A DNA stretch of 64,000 nucleotides, from positions 8,629 to 72,628 of the forward strand of contig JBAYKT010000002.1 in NCBI GenBank assembly GCA_041664445.1, given 5' to 3'. The stretch comes from Patescibacteria group bacterium (lineage in GTDB: Bacteria; Patescibacteriota; Patescibacteriia; Patescibacteriales; UBA12465). The position numbers and the translations under genes were made by a program. This document shows positions 27,697-37,529 of the stretch, one piece after another. How positions within the stretch are numbered: position 1 is the stretch's first letter; each line of letters opens with the position of its first letter. Below the pieces are notes generated by a model. The model did not search any database. It saw nothing but the letters and a program-made list of their open reading frames with translations, and had not been told where the DNA came from.

Positions 27697-30360
27697 TTAT
27701 TGACAATTGCCGTTAACTAGCGAACTGGTGGCCACTCCGAAACAACATGAAGGACTCTGAGGAGTCGCCGCACAGCCCGGACCGGAGCTGGGTTTAAAGC
27801 AATTTTGAAAAATATTTTTTACACCAGAACCAATTTGCGAGTCATAAGTTATTGACTCTAAAAATGGAGAATGCTTTATTTTTGCAATAGTAATATCCGC
27901 AATTCCGTCCAATGGCAAGGAATCGACATCGGAATTATCCAACCAAAATCCCAGCGGTGTTGGCTCTGAACTCTTTAAATTTATAAATCTATGCAAAACC
28001 GGACTAGTTCCACTATCAACTATTTCGCCGCCGGAACGTAAAGTGCTGGACATCATTAAATTATTAAAAGTAATTTCTATCGGATCAGTTGGCGGAATAT
28101 CATTTTGGCCATTAGCAGGATTAATACTGGTAATCTCGGGTGGTGTAGTTTCTATTTTGTCATTTATAAAGAAGGCGTTACGATAGCTATCGCGATTGCT
28201 TCTGTTGCTAGGGAAATTATCGCTGAAAAAGCTAATTGGACCCTCAACAATTGTGTCCCGATTACCATCCAAAGAGTTAAGCGCCGCGTCAATAATACCA
28301 TCTAACTGGAGCGGGTTCGCGCTAGGATAGTTGCGACCGTTAACGTCTTGACAGGAACGATAGCCTAATTGATTTAAGGCGCAGGTTTTGAAAGGGCTAT
28401 AAGCGGCGCAATCAGCGTCACTGGCACAAACTTTCATATTGGCGGCCTTAAGCTCAACCGATAAATTACTATTAGCCGGCAAGCAGTATATTTTTTCACC
28501 GCAACCGTTAATTCCGCACTCATTATCAGAAATAAATTCTACAGTCCTATAGCTACCGCTAACATTAAAGCGTCCACTGACATAATTTCCGCGACAAACA
28601 TAGGCATCACATCGATAAGAGCGGCAATCAGCATTACTGGCGCAAACTGATCCGTCTACTTTACTGGTTGAAGAGGCGTTAACAACTTGGATATAATTAG
28701 CGACTTCAGAGGCAGTCCCGGATAATGTTAGCGGATTCATCGCCTCGTTAAAGTTAACTTTAATTATAGAATTCATTGGTGAGTCTGGACCACCTTTAAC
28801 CTGGCTGGCGAGTTGTCGATCAACCCCGCCCGTAAAGGCGCTGAGACTCAAGGCATTAGTATTACTGGTATTTAAACTTAAATTGTTGCCAGCTGCGCCA
28901 GCAACTTTGGCGGTTAGCAAAACTCGATTACCGGACCGATTAACAATAATAGCCGAGTTGCCACTTAATTGCGCTTGAATATTGGCCGCCTGGATACCGA
29001 TGTCGCAAGTTCCCGGAACAACAATATTATTATTTCCGCCGCTAGTCGCAAAAACATAAACTTCATTGCCGACGCTTAAGGTGTCAGCTAATTTTTCAGG
29101 ACTAATAGTTATCTCCCAAGAATCTCCGGCCGCATGACCAGTAGTTTTAAGACTAAAGTAACCATCAAAAACTACCGTATTTTGACCATCAAAGTCAGAC
29201 ACTCCCAACAAGGCGTTAGTATTACCATTAAATATTTGTGCCTTATCCGGAGTCGCCGCTGGGACAATCACCTTAAACTTGTTAATCAAACCATGATAAT
29301 CAAGCACGACTTCCGCATTAGGCAAAACGCTGATAACACTAGCTGGAGCATAAGTCTGAGGACAACTATTTACAAAAATATCAGCGCTGGCATTTAGAGC
29401 CGGAGTATCGATATTCAATAAATCGCGTTCATTATCCGGACGCGGATAAAGAGAATTAAACATTACTTGGGGTGGCGTTAAATCCAAATTAGTGCTGACT
29501 TCAAATCCCCATTGGAAGCCATTATTGCTACAAGTGCTGAACATGGATGTTCCGTCGTCCTTCTTGAAATCATTAGTTAATTTGATGTCATATTCAGTAT
29601 TGGCACTCTCTGAACCTAAATAACTTAAGGGGGATAACACTAAAGTTAGCTTATCAGCCGAGACGGCCACTGAAACATCAGTTACATTAGTATTTGGAGT
29701 TGGGCAAGAATTAGTACAAGCATCACCCAAACTGCTTTTAAAAATCCGTATAGCCTGAGGGTTAATCAGGGAGCAGGCGGCATTATCGCAAGCGCAGGCC
29801 GCACCGCTAGCATTTACGCACACTGAATCAAGCCCGATAACTTCTTTAAAGCTAATAATAATTGCGGAATTACGAGCGACATTATTCTGGCTATTTTCTG
29901 GGTAAACCATATCAACGGAACAGGCGCCCATTGCCCCAAATCCAGAGTTAGCTAAATTATTGCCGGAGTTCTGAATAGGATTACCTTCAACTCCAGAAAT
30001 TGCTCCCGCTAAGCGTGAGATAATAAAAGTGGTAATTGCCCAAGCAGATAAAGTAACGGCTAAACCGATGGTGGCATTCTTAAGAATTGTTTTTGCCCGG
30101 CTAATCTTATCTTCTTCACCACCCGAAGTCATCCATAAAAATCCAGCGTAGATTATTAAACCTAAAACAATCACCCCCAAGAAACTGAGGATGATTTGAA
30201 TAATACGGCCAACCATCGCACGCGGGTCACCGCCGGCAAGGGCGATAGAATTATTAACGGCGTTAATTCCGAAATCCGCTTGAGCAGACACGAAAGCGAC
30301 CGGCAAAAGAGCGGCGATAGTTACGAAAAGACCGTAAATTATTTTATTTTTTTTCAACAT
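27697..30360 (-). CDS. 887-aa surface protein: N-terminal VirB2/TrbC-like pilin domain plus Ig-like (Big_5-type) and Cys-rich domains
   Basis: GRIIQIILSFLGVIVLGLIIYAGFLWMTSGGEEDKISRAKTIL; YPENSQNNVARNSAIIISF; PPEITSINPANGQNDIPPTDPIEITFN. Confidence 0.8.
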   Translation of the reverse strand: MLKKNKIIYGLFVTIAALLPVAFVSAQADFGINAVNNSIALAGGDPRAMVGRIIQIILSFLGVIVLGLIIYAGFLWMTSGGEEDKISRAKTILKNATIGLAVTLSAWAITTFIISRLAGAISGVEGNPIQNSGNNLANSGFGAMGACSVDMVYPENSQNNVARNSAIIISFKEVIGLDSVCVNASGAACACDNAACSLINPQAIRIFKSSLGDACTNSCPTPNTNVTDVSVAVSADKLTLVLSPLSYLGSESANTEYDIKLTNDFKKDDGTSMFSTCSNNGFQWGFEVSTNLDLTPPQVMFNSLYPRPDNERDLLNIDTPALNASADIFVNSCPQTYAPASVISVLPNAEVVLDYHGLINKFKVIVPAATPDKAQIFNGNTNALLGVSDFDGQNTVVFDGYFSLKTTGHAAGDSWEITISPEKLADTLSVGNEVYVFATSGGNNNIVVPGTCDIGIQAANIQAQLSGNSAIIVNRSGNRVLLTAKVAGAAGNNLSLNTSNTNALSLSAFTGGVDRQLASQVKGGPDSPMNSIIKVNFNEAMNPLTLSGTASEVANYIQVVNASSTSKVDGSVCASNADCRSYRCDAYVCRGNYVSGRFNVSGSYRTVEFISDNECGINGCGEKIYCLPANSNLSVELKAANMKVCASDADCAAYSPFKTCALNQLGYRSCQDVNGRNYPSANPLQLDGIIDAALNSLDGNRDTIVEGPISFFSDNFPSNRSNRDSYRNAFFINDKIETTPPEITSINPANGQNDIPPTDPIEITFNNLMMSSTLRSGGEIVDSGTSPVLHRFINLKSSEPTPLGFWLDNSDVDSLPLDGIADITIAKIKHSPFLESITYDSQIGSGVKNIFQNCFKPSSGPGCAATPQSPSCCFGVATSSLVNGNCQ

Positions 30361-30453
30361 TTTGAAAATAAAAAACTTTTAAATTGTCCAGCTTGCTGGT
30401 ATAATCAATGTTAGTCTTATTATAGCATAAATCAGATAAATGAAAAACTTTTT

Positions 30454-31920
30454 ATGACGATTGAAAGGATTATAAAAAAATTCTCCGACAACAATCCCGG
30501 AACCGACGCCAGTATTCTAGATAAGGCTTTTATTTTTGCCGATAATGCTCATGCTGGACAACTTAGAAAAAATGGCGAACCATATATCCAACACCCCTTG
30601 CATACCGCCTATATTCTGGCCGAGATCCGGGCTGATTTGCCGACAGTGGTCGCCGGGATTCTTCATGATGTCCCCGAAGATACGGAACGCACGATTGAAG
30701 AAATCGAACAAGAATTCGGTTCTGAAATTGCGTCCTTGGTAAGCGGCGTTACTAAACTTAGTAAAATAAAATACCGCGGCATTGAGAGATATCGAGAAAA
30801 TTTAAAAAAAATGTTTTTGGCGATGACTAGCGACCTCCGCGTTATTTTTATTAAGTTTTGCGACCGCTTAAATAATCTCCGAACTCTAGAAAGTCTGCCG
30901 CCGGAAAAAAAACGACGCATCGCTGAAGAAACTTTAGAGATATATGCTCCGATTGCCGGTCTTTTAGGAATCGGTCGCTTAAAATGGCAGATGGAAGATT
31001 TGTGCTTTAAATATCTATATCCAGAAAAATTTAATGAACTGGAATATGAATATGAAGTTGAAAAAAAAGTTGAACGTCAACGTTTTTTCCATAAAGTAAA
31101 AAGTATTCTGGTTCCTAAACTAGAAGAAGCAAACATTAAAAATTACGAAATTGAAGCTCGCTTCAAACATCTCTATAGTATCTATAAAAAGATGCAAGAA
31201 AAAGACCGTAAATTCAATGAGATTTATGATGTTTTTGCTTTACGCTTAATAGTGCCGACCATTGATGATTGCTATAAAGTTCTGGGAGTAATCCATACCC
31301 TTTGGCGCCCCAAAACCAATCGCTTTAAGGATTATATTGCCGTCCCTAAACCTAACGGCTACCGTTCCCTGCACACCACTATTTTTGGCCCCGAAGGCAA
31401 ACCAACTGAATTTCAAATTCGCACTCGGGAAATGCACGAAGAATCAATTTACGGGATTGCCGCCCACTGGTATTACAAGTCTAAAAGTGAACGTAATTAT
31501 CAACAACCGAAATGGGTTAATGAAATTATTGATATTCAAAAAGAAATCACCACCACTTCCGAATTCGTTAAAAATATCAAAATGGATATTTTTCGCGACC
31601 GTATTTTTGTCTTTTCACCACGCGGCGATGTCTTTGAACTTCCAGAAAAAGCTACCCCGATTGATTTTGCGTATGCCGTTCACGGCAATATCGGCAACAA
31701 AGCTGCCGGCGTCATTATTAATGATAAGCTTGGCAAATTAGACCAAGAACTAAAAAATGGCGACCTAGTAGAAATTATCGTCGAAAAAAACCGCCAATAT
31801 CCTAACAAAGACTGGCTAAAATTTGTAAAAACCAAGCGCGCGCGCGACCAAATAAAAGCTCATGCCAAAAAATCAACTCTAGACAAAATGAAGCGCTTTA
31901 TTCCGGGTATCAATAAATAA
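30454..31920 (+). CDS. relA: Bifunctional RelA/SpoT (p)ppGpp synthetase/hydrolase, HD-SYNTH-TGS architecture without ZFD/ACT
   Basis: HAGQLRKNGEPYIQHP, HDVPED, RFKDYIAVPKPNGYRSLHT, EFQIRT, TPIDFAYAVH. Confidence 0.92.
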   Translation: MTIERIIKKFSDNNPGTDASILDKAFIFADNAHAGQLRKNGEPYIQHPLHTAYILAEIRADLPTVVAGILHDVPEDTERTIEEIEQEFGSEIASLVSGVTKLSKIKYRGIERYRENLKKMFLAMTSDLRVIFIKFCDRLNNLRTLESLPPEKKRRIAEETLEIYAPIAGLLGIGRLKWQMEDLCFKYLYPEKFNELEYEYEVEKKVERQRFFHKVKSILVPKLEEANIKNYEIEARFKHLYSIYKKMQEKDRKFNEIYDVFALRLIVPTIDDCYKVLGVIHTLWRPKTNRFKDYIAVPKPNGYRSLHTTIFGPEGKPTEFQIRTREMHEESIYGIAAHWYYKSKSERNYQQPKWVNEIIDIQKEITTTSEFVKNIKMDIFRDRIFVFSPRGDVFELPEKATPIDFAYAVHGNIGNKAAGVIINDKLGKLDQELKNGDLVEIIVEKNRQYPNKDWLKFVKTKRARDQIKAHAKKSTLDKMKRFIPGINK

Positions 31921-31937
31921 TCTTTAGAAAAAATAAC

Positions 31938-31967
31938 AAAAAAACACCCCCTAATGAGGGTGTTTTT
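31938..31967. terminator. Bidirectional terminator between relA and rpsU
   Basis: aaaaacaccc...gggtgttttt inverted repeat between convergent genes. Confidence 0.75.
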
Positions 31968-31992
31968 AAAAAATATACCTTTTAAGCAAGTC

Positions 31993-32223
31993 TTATCTTC
32001 TGGTGGTTTCCGGAAGTTTTCCTGTTTTTCTTAAAAATTCATTTTTCTTACTCAATGCTAAACCGGATAAAGCTCTTTTCTTAAAGAGACGTTTTGTTTG
32101 TTTTGGTTCTAGATGTTTCTTAGATCTAGCTTTTTCCAAACGCTTGCTATTCTTTAAGCCTTTCTTAAATTTTCTTAAGAAACTTTCAAAGCTTTCGCCT
32201 GGTTTTCTTTTAAAGTCAGCCAT
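31993..32223 (-). CDS. rpsU: 30S ribosomal protein S21
   Basis: KRKPGESFESFLRKFKK pattern; highly basic, 76 aa from ATG 32223. Confidence 0.8.
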   Translation of the reverse strand: MADFKRKPGESFESFLRKFKKGLKNSKRLEKARSKKHLEPKQTKRLFKKRALSGLALSKKNEFLRKTGKLPETTRR

Positions 32224-33589
32224 AAAATGCACCTTCCTTTCTATTATTAACTTTTTTTATTGGTTTATCTTTACGCTCCAAACGCTCTCTAACCTTCTTA
32301 AAAACTAAGGTTTCTTGCGTTCCTGAGTCCATATCACGCATTAGGATGGTTCCGTCCATTATCTCTTTTTTTCCTAAAATAAGGCTAGTTTTAGCCTTAA
32401 TAACCACCGCCTCTTCCAATTGAAATTTCAAACTATCAGAAGCAAATGATTGTCTAACGTTAAATCCAGCCTTCCTTAAATCCTCAAATAATTGTAAAGC
32501 TTTAAGTTTGGCTTGATCGCCTAATTGCGCAATAAATACTATATCCTCTTCTGTTTTATTTGTCAAAGCCACTTTATCTTTAATTTTAGCGATTGTTCGT
32601 TCAATTCCAATTGCTAAGCCAGCAGCCGGAGTGGATACGCCGCCCAAAGATTCAATTAAACTATCATAACGACCGCCGCCGCCTAAAGCCAACTTACCAA
32701 CCGTGCCGTCATCATTAATCGGCCAAAACTCAAAAACAATATCATTATAATAATTTAAACCGCGAACAAGATAGGGATTAAAGTTATAGCTAATATTTAG
32801 TTCATCTAAAAATTCTAAAGTTTTAGTTAAATATTCACGACTTTCATCTGATAAAAAATCGGCTAACTGCGGAGCCTCTTCTCGCAATTTCATGCAAGAC
32901 TCATCTTTACAATCCAAAAGGCTTAAACAATTTTTATTTAAACCATTTTTACAAGTGGTGCATAGTTTAGATTTACGACCTCTTTCCTTATAAAAATTTA
33001 ATAATTTAGTACAATATTCTTTTCGGCATTCGCTACCGCCCAAACTATTAACTTGGACTTGAACTTTTACGCCCAACTCTTCAAAGAAGTTATTAGCCAC
33101 AGTAATTAACAAAGCTTCCGCCATCGGCTTGCGTTCACCAATAAGCTCTAAATTGAATTGAGTAGATTCACGATAGCGACCACTTTGTAGTTTTTCCCTT
33201 CTAAAAACCGGACCGAAAGAAAATAGACGCGCTAATTTTTGACCGGAGAGTTCACTGGTTTCTAAATAGGAACGCAGAACGCCCTGGGTTATTTCCGGTC
33301 TTAAAGTCATTTTTTCACTCTTCTCACCATCTACAAAATAAACCTCTTTATCATTATTATGACGACTAGTCTTTTTATACAAATCAAAACTTTCTAAAAT
33401 TGGCGTCTTAATCGGAGAAAAACTATACATCTTGGCTAAATAGCTAGCTTTCTCATAAGCCAAATCAAAACAAGCCTGTTCTAGACCGGTAAAATCTTTC
33501 ATTCCTAATAAACGATTAGGGGTTTTGTCATTCTTCTTTTCCGCTTTAGTCATTTCTGCTTCCACTGAACCCTTTTTTCTTCGAGGCAT
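32216..33589 (-). CDS. hisS: Histidyl-tRNA synthetase (divergent) or HisRS paralog
   Basis: TPILE, LRPEIT, FRREKLQSGRYRESTQ, LVRGLNYY, GGGRYD, GIER and an anticodon-binding domain. Start set at MPRRKK (33589). Confidence 0.8.
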   Translation of the reverse strand: MPRRKKGSVEAEMTKAEKKNDKTPNRLLGMKDFTGLEQACFDLAYEKASYLAKMYSFSPIKTPILESFDLYKKTSRHNNDKEVYFVDGEKSEKMTLRPEITQGVLRSYLETSELSGQKLARLFSFGPVFRREKLQSGRYRESTQFNLELIGERKPMAEALLITVANNFFEELGVKVQVQVNSLGGSECRKEYCTKLLNFYKERGRKSKLCTTCKNGLNKNCLSLLDCKDESCMKLREEAPQLADFLSDESREYLTKTLEFLDELNISYNFNPYLVRGLNYYNDIVFEFWPINDDGTVGKLALGGGGRYDSLIESLGGVSTPAAGLAIGIERTIAKIKDKVALTNKTEEDIVFIAQLGDQAKLKALQLFEDLRKAGFNVRQSFASDSLKFQLEEAVVIKAKTSLILGKKEIMDGTILMRDMDSGTQETLVFKKVRERLERKDKPIKKVNNRKEGAFYG

Positions 33590-33606
33590 AAACTTTTGAT
33601 TTAATT

Positions 33607-34170
33607 TTAATATTGCGGCCAAGCGGCGGCGTTAAATAAAGCTATTTTATCCAAGGGCCAACCACGAAAAAGAACCTTGCCAGTAATAAAGCTTTTATCC
33701 ACGGCGCCAAAACTGCGAGAGTCCTTAGAATTGTTGCGATTATCTCCCAAAACAAAATATTCGTTGTCGCTTAATTTTAACTTTGCGCCGGTATTATCCA
33801 TAGTCTCCAAACCTGGAGACAAATAAGCTTCATTTAAAGTGAAGCCCGAGGGATTAGAATCATTATAAATAACAATTTTGCCATCCTTAATTTGCACTTC
33901 TTCTCCGGGTAAAGCAATAATTCTCTTAATGAAATATTCTTGGGGGTCTTTTGGATAACGGAAAACAATTACTTGACCGCGGGTCGGCGCGTCAAAACGA
34001 TAGCTAATTTCATCAATTATTAAATATTCATGATCGTGAAAATTTGGCTCCATAGAAGCGCCTTTAACATAAAAGGGCTGAATCAAAAAATAGCGAACAG
34101 GTAAAATGATCGCGAGTGAAATACTCGCGACTTTAACTATCTCCCAAACAAATAAAAAAAATTTACGCAT
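33607..34170 (-). CDS. lepB: Signal peptidase I
   Basis: GASMEPN (Ser), FIKRIIALPGE (Lys), GDNRNNSKDSRSFG. Confidence 0.95.
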   Translation of the reverse strand: MRKFFLFVWEIVKVASISLAIILPVRYFLIQPFYVKGASMEPNFHDHEYLIIDEISYRFDAPTRGQVIVFRYPKDPQEYFIKRIIALPGEEVQIKDGKIVIYNDSNPSGFTLNEAYLSPGLETMDNTGAKLKLSDNEYFVLGDNRNNSKDSRSFGAVDKSFITGKVLFRGWPLDKIALFNAAAWPQY

Positions 34171-34241
34171 AAATAAAAGTCTAATAATCAAGCTTTATAT
34201 TAACAAAAAATTAAAAAAAAATCAAATCTAAATAAAGCCCC

Positions 34242-35294
34242 CTAATTTATGAACATGGCGTCGCCATAACTGAAAAATCGGTATTTTTGCGCCACTGCTT
34301 CTTGATACGCGCGGTCCAGATTTTTCTTTCCGCCGAGAGCGCTCACGAGCATCATTAAAGTTGATGCCGGCAAATGAAAATTAGTAATCAAAGCATCAAC
34401 TACTTGAAATTTAAAACCAGGATAAATAAAAATATCGGTCCAAAAAGATTGTTCTTGCAAAGCCGCTGGTTTTATTTTTTCCCAAACTAAAGATTCCAGA
34501 GTGCGACAACTAGTCGTCCCAACAGCGATGACGCGGCCGCCGCGCTGCTTCGTTTCCAAGATTGATTTTATGGTTTCCTTGCTTATCAACGCAAATTCAC
34601 TGTGCATTTTATGATCGGTTATTTTTTCCACTTTAATCGGCGCAAAAGTGCCGAGACCCACATGAAGCGTCACATATTTTATTTGCACACCTTTAGCTTT
34701 AATTTTTTTCAACAAACTTTTGGTAAAGTGCAGTCCGGCTGTCGGCGCGGCCGCAGAACCAACCTGATGTTTGTCAGCAAAAACTGTTTGATAATTATTC
34801 CTGTCGCTCGCCAGTTGCTGAGAACGCTTAATATAAGGAGGTAAAGGGACTTGCCCAATTTTATTGATTTCCGTAAAAAATTTATTATCGCTCAAATTAA
34901 ATTTAAGCTGCCAAGTGCCGTCGTTGTTATCCTTTATTATTTCCGCTTTTAAGCGCGGCGATAAAATAATAATTAATCCGACTTTAACACGACCACCAAT
35001 TAAACATTCCCAGATATCACGCGCCTCTTTCTTATGCAAAAAAACTTCTACTCGTCCCTGAGTAGCTTCTTTCTTACCAATTAATCTTGCCGGGAATACT
35101 TTAGAATTATTAAGGACCAATAAATCTCCGGGGTTTAAGTAGTTAATAATATCGTAAAAATGTTGATGTTGATAAGCACCGGTTTTTTTATCTAAAACTA
35201 AAAGCCGCGAGTGGTCTCGCGGTCGCAATGGTTTTTGCGCAATCAATTCTGGTGGCAAATTATAAAAAAAATCTGAGGTTTTCCAATTCTTCAT
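34242..35294 (-). CDS. queA: S-adenosylmethionine:tRNA ribosyltransferase-isomerase
   Basis: LPPELIAQKP, PLPPYIKR, AAPTAGLHFT, LHVGLGTF, TNFHLP, YRFFSYGDAMFI. Confidence 0.98.
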   Translation of the reverse strand: MKNWKTSDFFYNLPPELIAQKPLRPRDHSRLLVLDKKTGAYQHQHFYDIINYLNPGDLLVLNNSKVFPARLIGKKEATQGRVEVFLHKKEARDIWECLIGGRVKVGLIIILSPRLKAEIIKDNNDGTWQLKFNLSDNKFFTEINKIGQVPLPPYIKRSQQLASDRNNYQTVFADKHQVGSAAAPTAGLHFTKSLLKKIKAKGVQIKYVTLHVGLGTFAPIKVEKITDHKMHSEFALISKETIKSILETKQRGGRVIAVGTTSCRTLESLVWEKIKPAALQEQSFWTDIFIYPGFKFQVVDALITNFHLPASTLMMLVSALGGKKNLDRAYQEAVAQKYRFFSYGDAMFIN

Positions 35295-35300
35295 ATTATG

Positions 35301-35891
35301 TTAATCCGTTATTTTGCTGAGAGCTTTACGGCGCGCTAACATCATAATGGTAAAACTACTATTTGATAAAATAAGATATATTGGATATAACAACGTGGTC
35401 GCGTTATAAGCATCTAAAGCAAATAGAACAAATATAAATTTAACGGAAGATATCAGCCACGTAAATAGTGTTTCCTCGTAAGGTTTATAATAAGTTTTTC
35501 TAAAAGTAGGAATAAAGGCCAGCGCGTCAGAAATAGTAATTAAAATAACTGCCAATAAAGGATTGGAAGTTAAAATCCAAGCAATCAAGCCCAAAAGTGA
35601 GCCCCCAAAAGCAATCCAATCGGTAATGGTGATTTTCTTTTCCCCCTGGAAGGCGGCTAAAATAGTAATCAAAATACTAATCACAACAGCGACTCCCATC
35701 ACCCAAGCTCCCGGACCGGCGCCTTTTACTATTTGCGCCGCAAAAACTATACCCGCCCCCAAACTCCACATTAACCAGGAAAAGACATGAGGTTTAGTCT
35801 TTTTTTTCAAAATATCTCTCAGATAAGGAATATAGCCAATAACGCTTATCACTGAAGCAAAAATTCCAATAATTACTTTATAATTTTCCAT
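35301..35891 (-). CDS. Multi-TM membrane protein, PQ-loop/MtN3-like (paralog 2)
   Basis: IPYLRDILKKKTKPHVFSW ... IPTFRKTYYKPYEET; about 7 TM helices. Confidence 0.65.
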   Translation of the reverse strand: MENYKVIIGIFASVISVIGYIPYLRDILKKKTKPHVFSWLMWSLGAGIVFAAQIVKGAGPGAWVMGVAVVISILITILAAFQGEKKITITDWIAFGGSLLGLIAWILTSNPLLAVILITISDALAFIPTFRKTYYKPYEETLFTWLISSVKFIFVLFALDAYNATTLLYPIYLILSNSSFTIMMLARRKALSKITD

Positions 35892-36492
35892 AAGCATTAT
35901 TTATAATTCTTCTTCTAATAATAAGCATGGCGATAAAAATACTATTTGAAAAAACAAGAACGGCCGGATAAAGCCAGGTTGTCGGACTATAGGCTTCAAG
36001 GGCAAGCAAACTGATGACGATACCAACAGTGGTGGTTATAAAAGCGGGCAGGGTTTCTTCAAAGGGCTTACCGTAAGCTTTTCTAAAGGTAGGCACGTAA
36101 GCCAAAGTATCAATGACGCAGGCTAAAATAACGGCCGCTAAAGGATTGTTAGTTAAGGCCCAAAGAATTAAAGCTAAAATTGCTCCGCTGAAAGATAATT
36201 TATCAGTTAAAGTAATTCGTTTCTCTCCGCGAGTAATAGATAAAACGGCAATGATTAAACAAATTAAAGCAGTTAGTCCGTTTGCCCAAGAGCCTGCTCC
36301 GGCTCCTTTTATAATCTGCGCCGCATAAGTAATCCCGCCTAATAAGCCCCAGATAAACCAAGAAAAAATATGCGGTTTCGTTTTGCCCCTAAAAATATCT
36401 CGAAAATATGGCACATAAGCGACAACCGCAATTACTGAGGAAATTATTCCTAGAAATATTTTATGACTTTCAATAAAATCTAATAAGAACAT
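35878..36492 (-). CDS. Multi-TM membrane protein, PQ-loop/MtN3-like (paralog 1)
   Basis: VPYFRDIFRGKTKPHIFSW ... VPTFRKAYGKPFEET; clearly paralogous to the neighbouring gene. Confidence 0.65.
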   Translation of the reverse strand: MFLLDFIESHKIFLGIISSVIAVVAYVPYFRDIFRGKTKPHIFSWFIWGLLGGITYAAQIIKGAGAGSWANGLTALICLIIAVLSITRGEKRITLTDKLSFSGAILALILWALTNNPLAAVILACVIDTLAYVPTFRKAYGKPFEETLPAFITTTVGIVISLLALEAYSPTTWLYPAVLVFSNSIFIAMLIIRRRIINNAYGKL

Positions 36493-36494
36493 AA

Positions 36495-37514
36495 TTAAAC
36501 CAGCTTATCCTGCCCTGCCGGCTTAAGTCCTAAATGCTCATAGCCCAAGGCGGTAACAATTCGACCGCGTGGCGAACGGTCTAAAAAACCAAGCTGCATT
36601 AAATATGGTTCATACATATTTTCAATCGTATCCGCTTCCTCTCCGGTAGCGGCGGCTAGCGTGTTTAAACCGACCGGTCCGCCTTTAAATTTATGAATAA
36701 TCGTTTCTAAAATACGGCGATCAATAAAATCCAAGCCTAAACTATCAACTTCCAACATTTCCATTGCTTCCAAACAATGTTCTAAAGTAATTCGGCCGTC
36801 GCCTTTCACTTCACAGTAATCGCGAACTCGTTTCAATAGGCGATTAGCAATACGCGGCGTTCTCCGGCTACGATTTGCAATTTCTTTCTTGGCCTCATCG
36901 TTAATTTCAATACTCAAAATCCGCGCGCTGCGGGAAATGATTTGCTCAATATCATCAGGCTCATAAAAATTTAAATGGTGGGTAATTCCAAAACGATCGC
37001 GCAGTGGTGCCGACAATAAACTAGCGAGCGTGGTTGCGCCGATGATGGTAAACTTGGGTAAATCCAATCTTAAAGTTCTGGCACTTGGCCCTTTGCCCAT
37101 CACAATGTCTAAAGCATAATCTTCCATCGCCGGATAAAGGATTTCTTCCACTGTTTTAGACAGGCGATGAATCTCATCAATAAATAAAATATCCCCTTCC
37201 TCTAAATTTGTTAAAATAGCTGCTAAATCGCCAGTTTTTTCAATGACCGGCCCCGAGGTGACTCGAATATTTGCCCCAGTTTCATTGGCGATGACATGCG
37301 CTAAGGTCGTTTTGCCGAGCCCAGGAGCGCCATAAAGCAAAATGTGTTCAATCGGCTCTGTTCTTTTTTTAGCAGCCGCAATCGTAATTTCCAAATTCTG
37401 TTTTACTTTCTCCTGACCAATATACTCCGCCAAAAACTTAGGGCGCAAAGACAAATCTAAGGCGTCTTCCCCTTTTTTTCCGATTGGACTAATTAAGCGT
37501 TCTTCTGTTGGCAT
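36495..37514 (-). CDS. ruvB: Holliday junction branch migration helicase RuvB
   Basis: [42 protein letters not shown]. Confidence 0.98.
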   Translation of the reverse strand: MPTEERLISPIGKKGEDALDLSLRPKFLAEYIGQEKVKQNLEITIAAAKKRTEPIEHILLYGAPGLGKTTLAHVIANETGANIRVTSGPVIEKTGDLAAILTNLEEGDILFIDEIHRLSKTVEEILYPAMEDYALDIVMGKGPSARTLRLDLPKFTIIGATTLASLLSAPLRDRFGITHHLNFYEPDDIEQIISRSARILSIEINDEAKKEIANRSRRTPRIANRLLKRVRDYCEVKGDGRITLEHCLEAMEMLEVDSLGLDFIDRRILETIIHKFKGGPVGLNTLAAATGEEADTIENMYEPYLMQLGFLDRSPRGRIVTALGYEHLGLKPAGQDKLV

Positions 37515-37529
37515 ATAATTATAGTCTAA

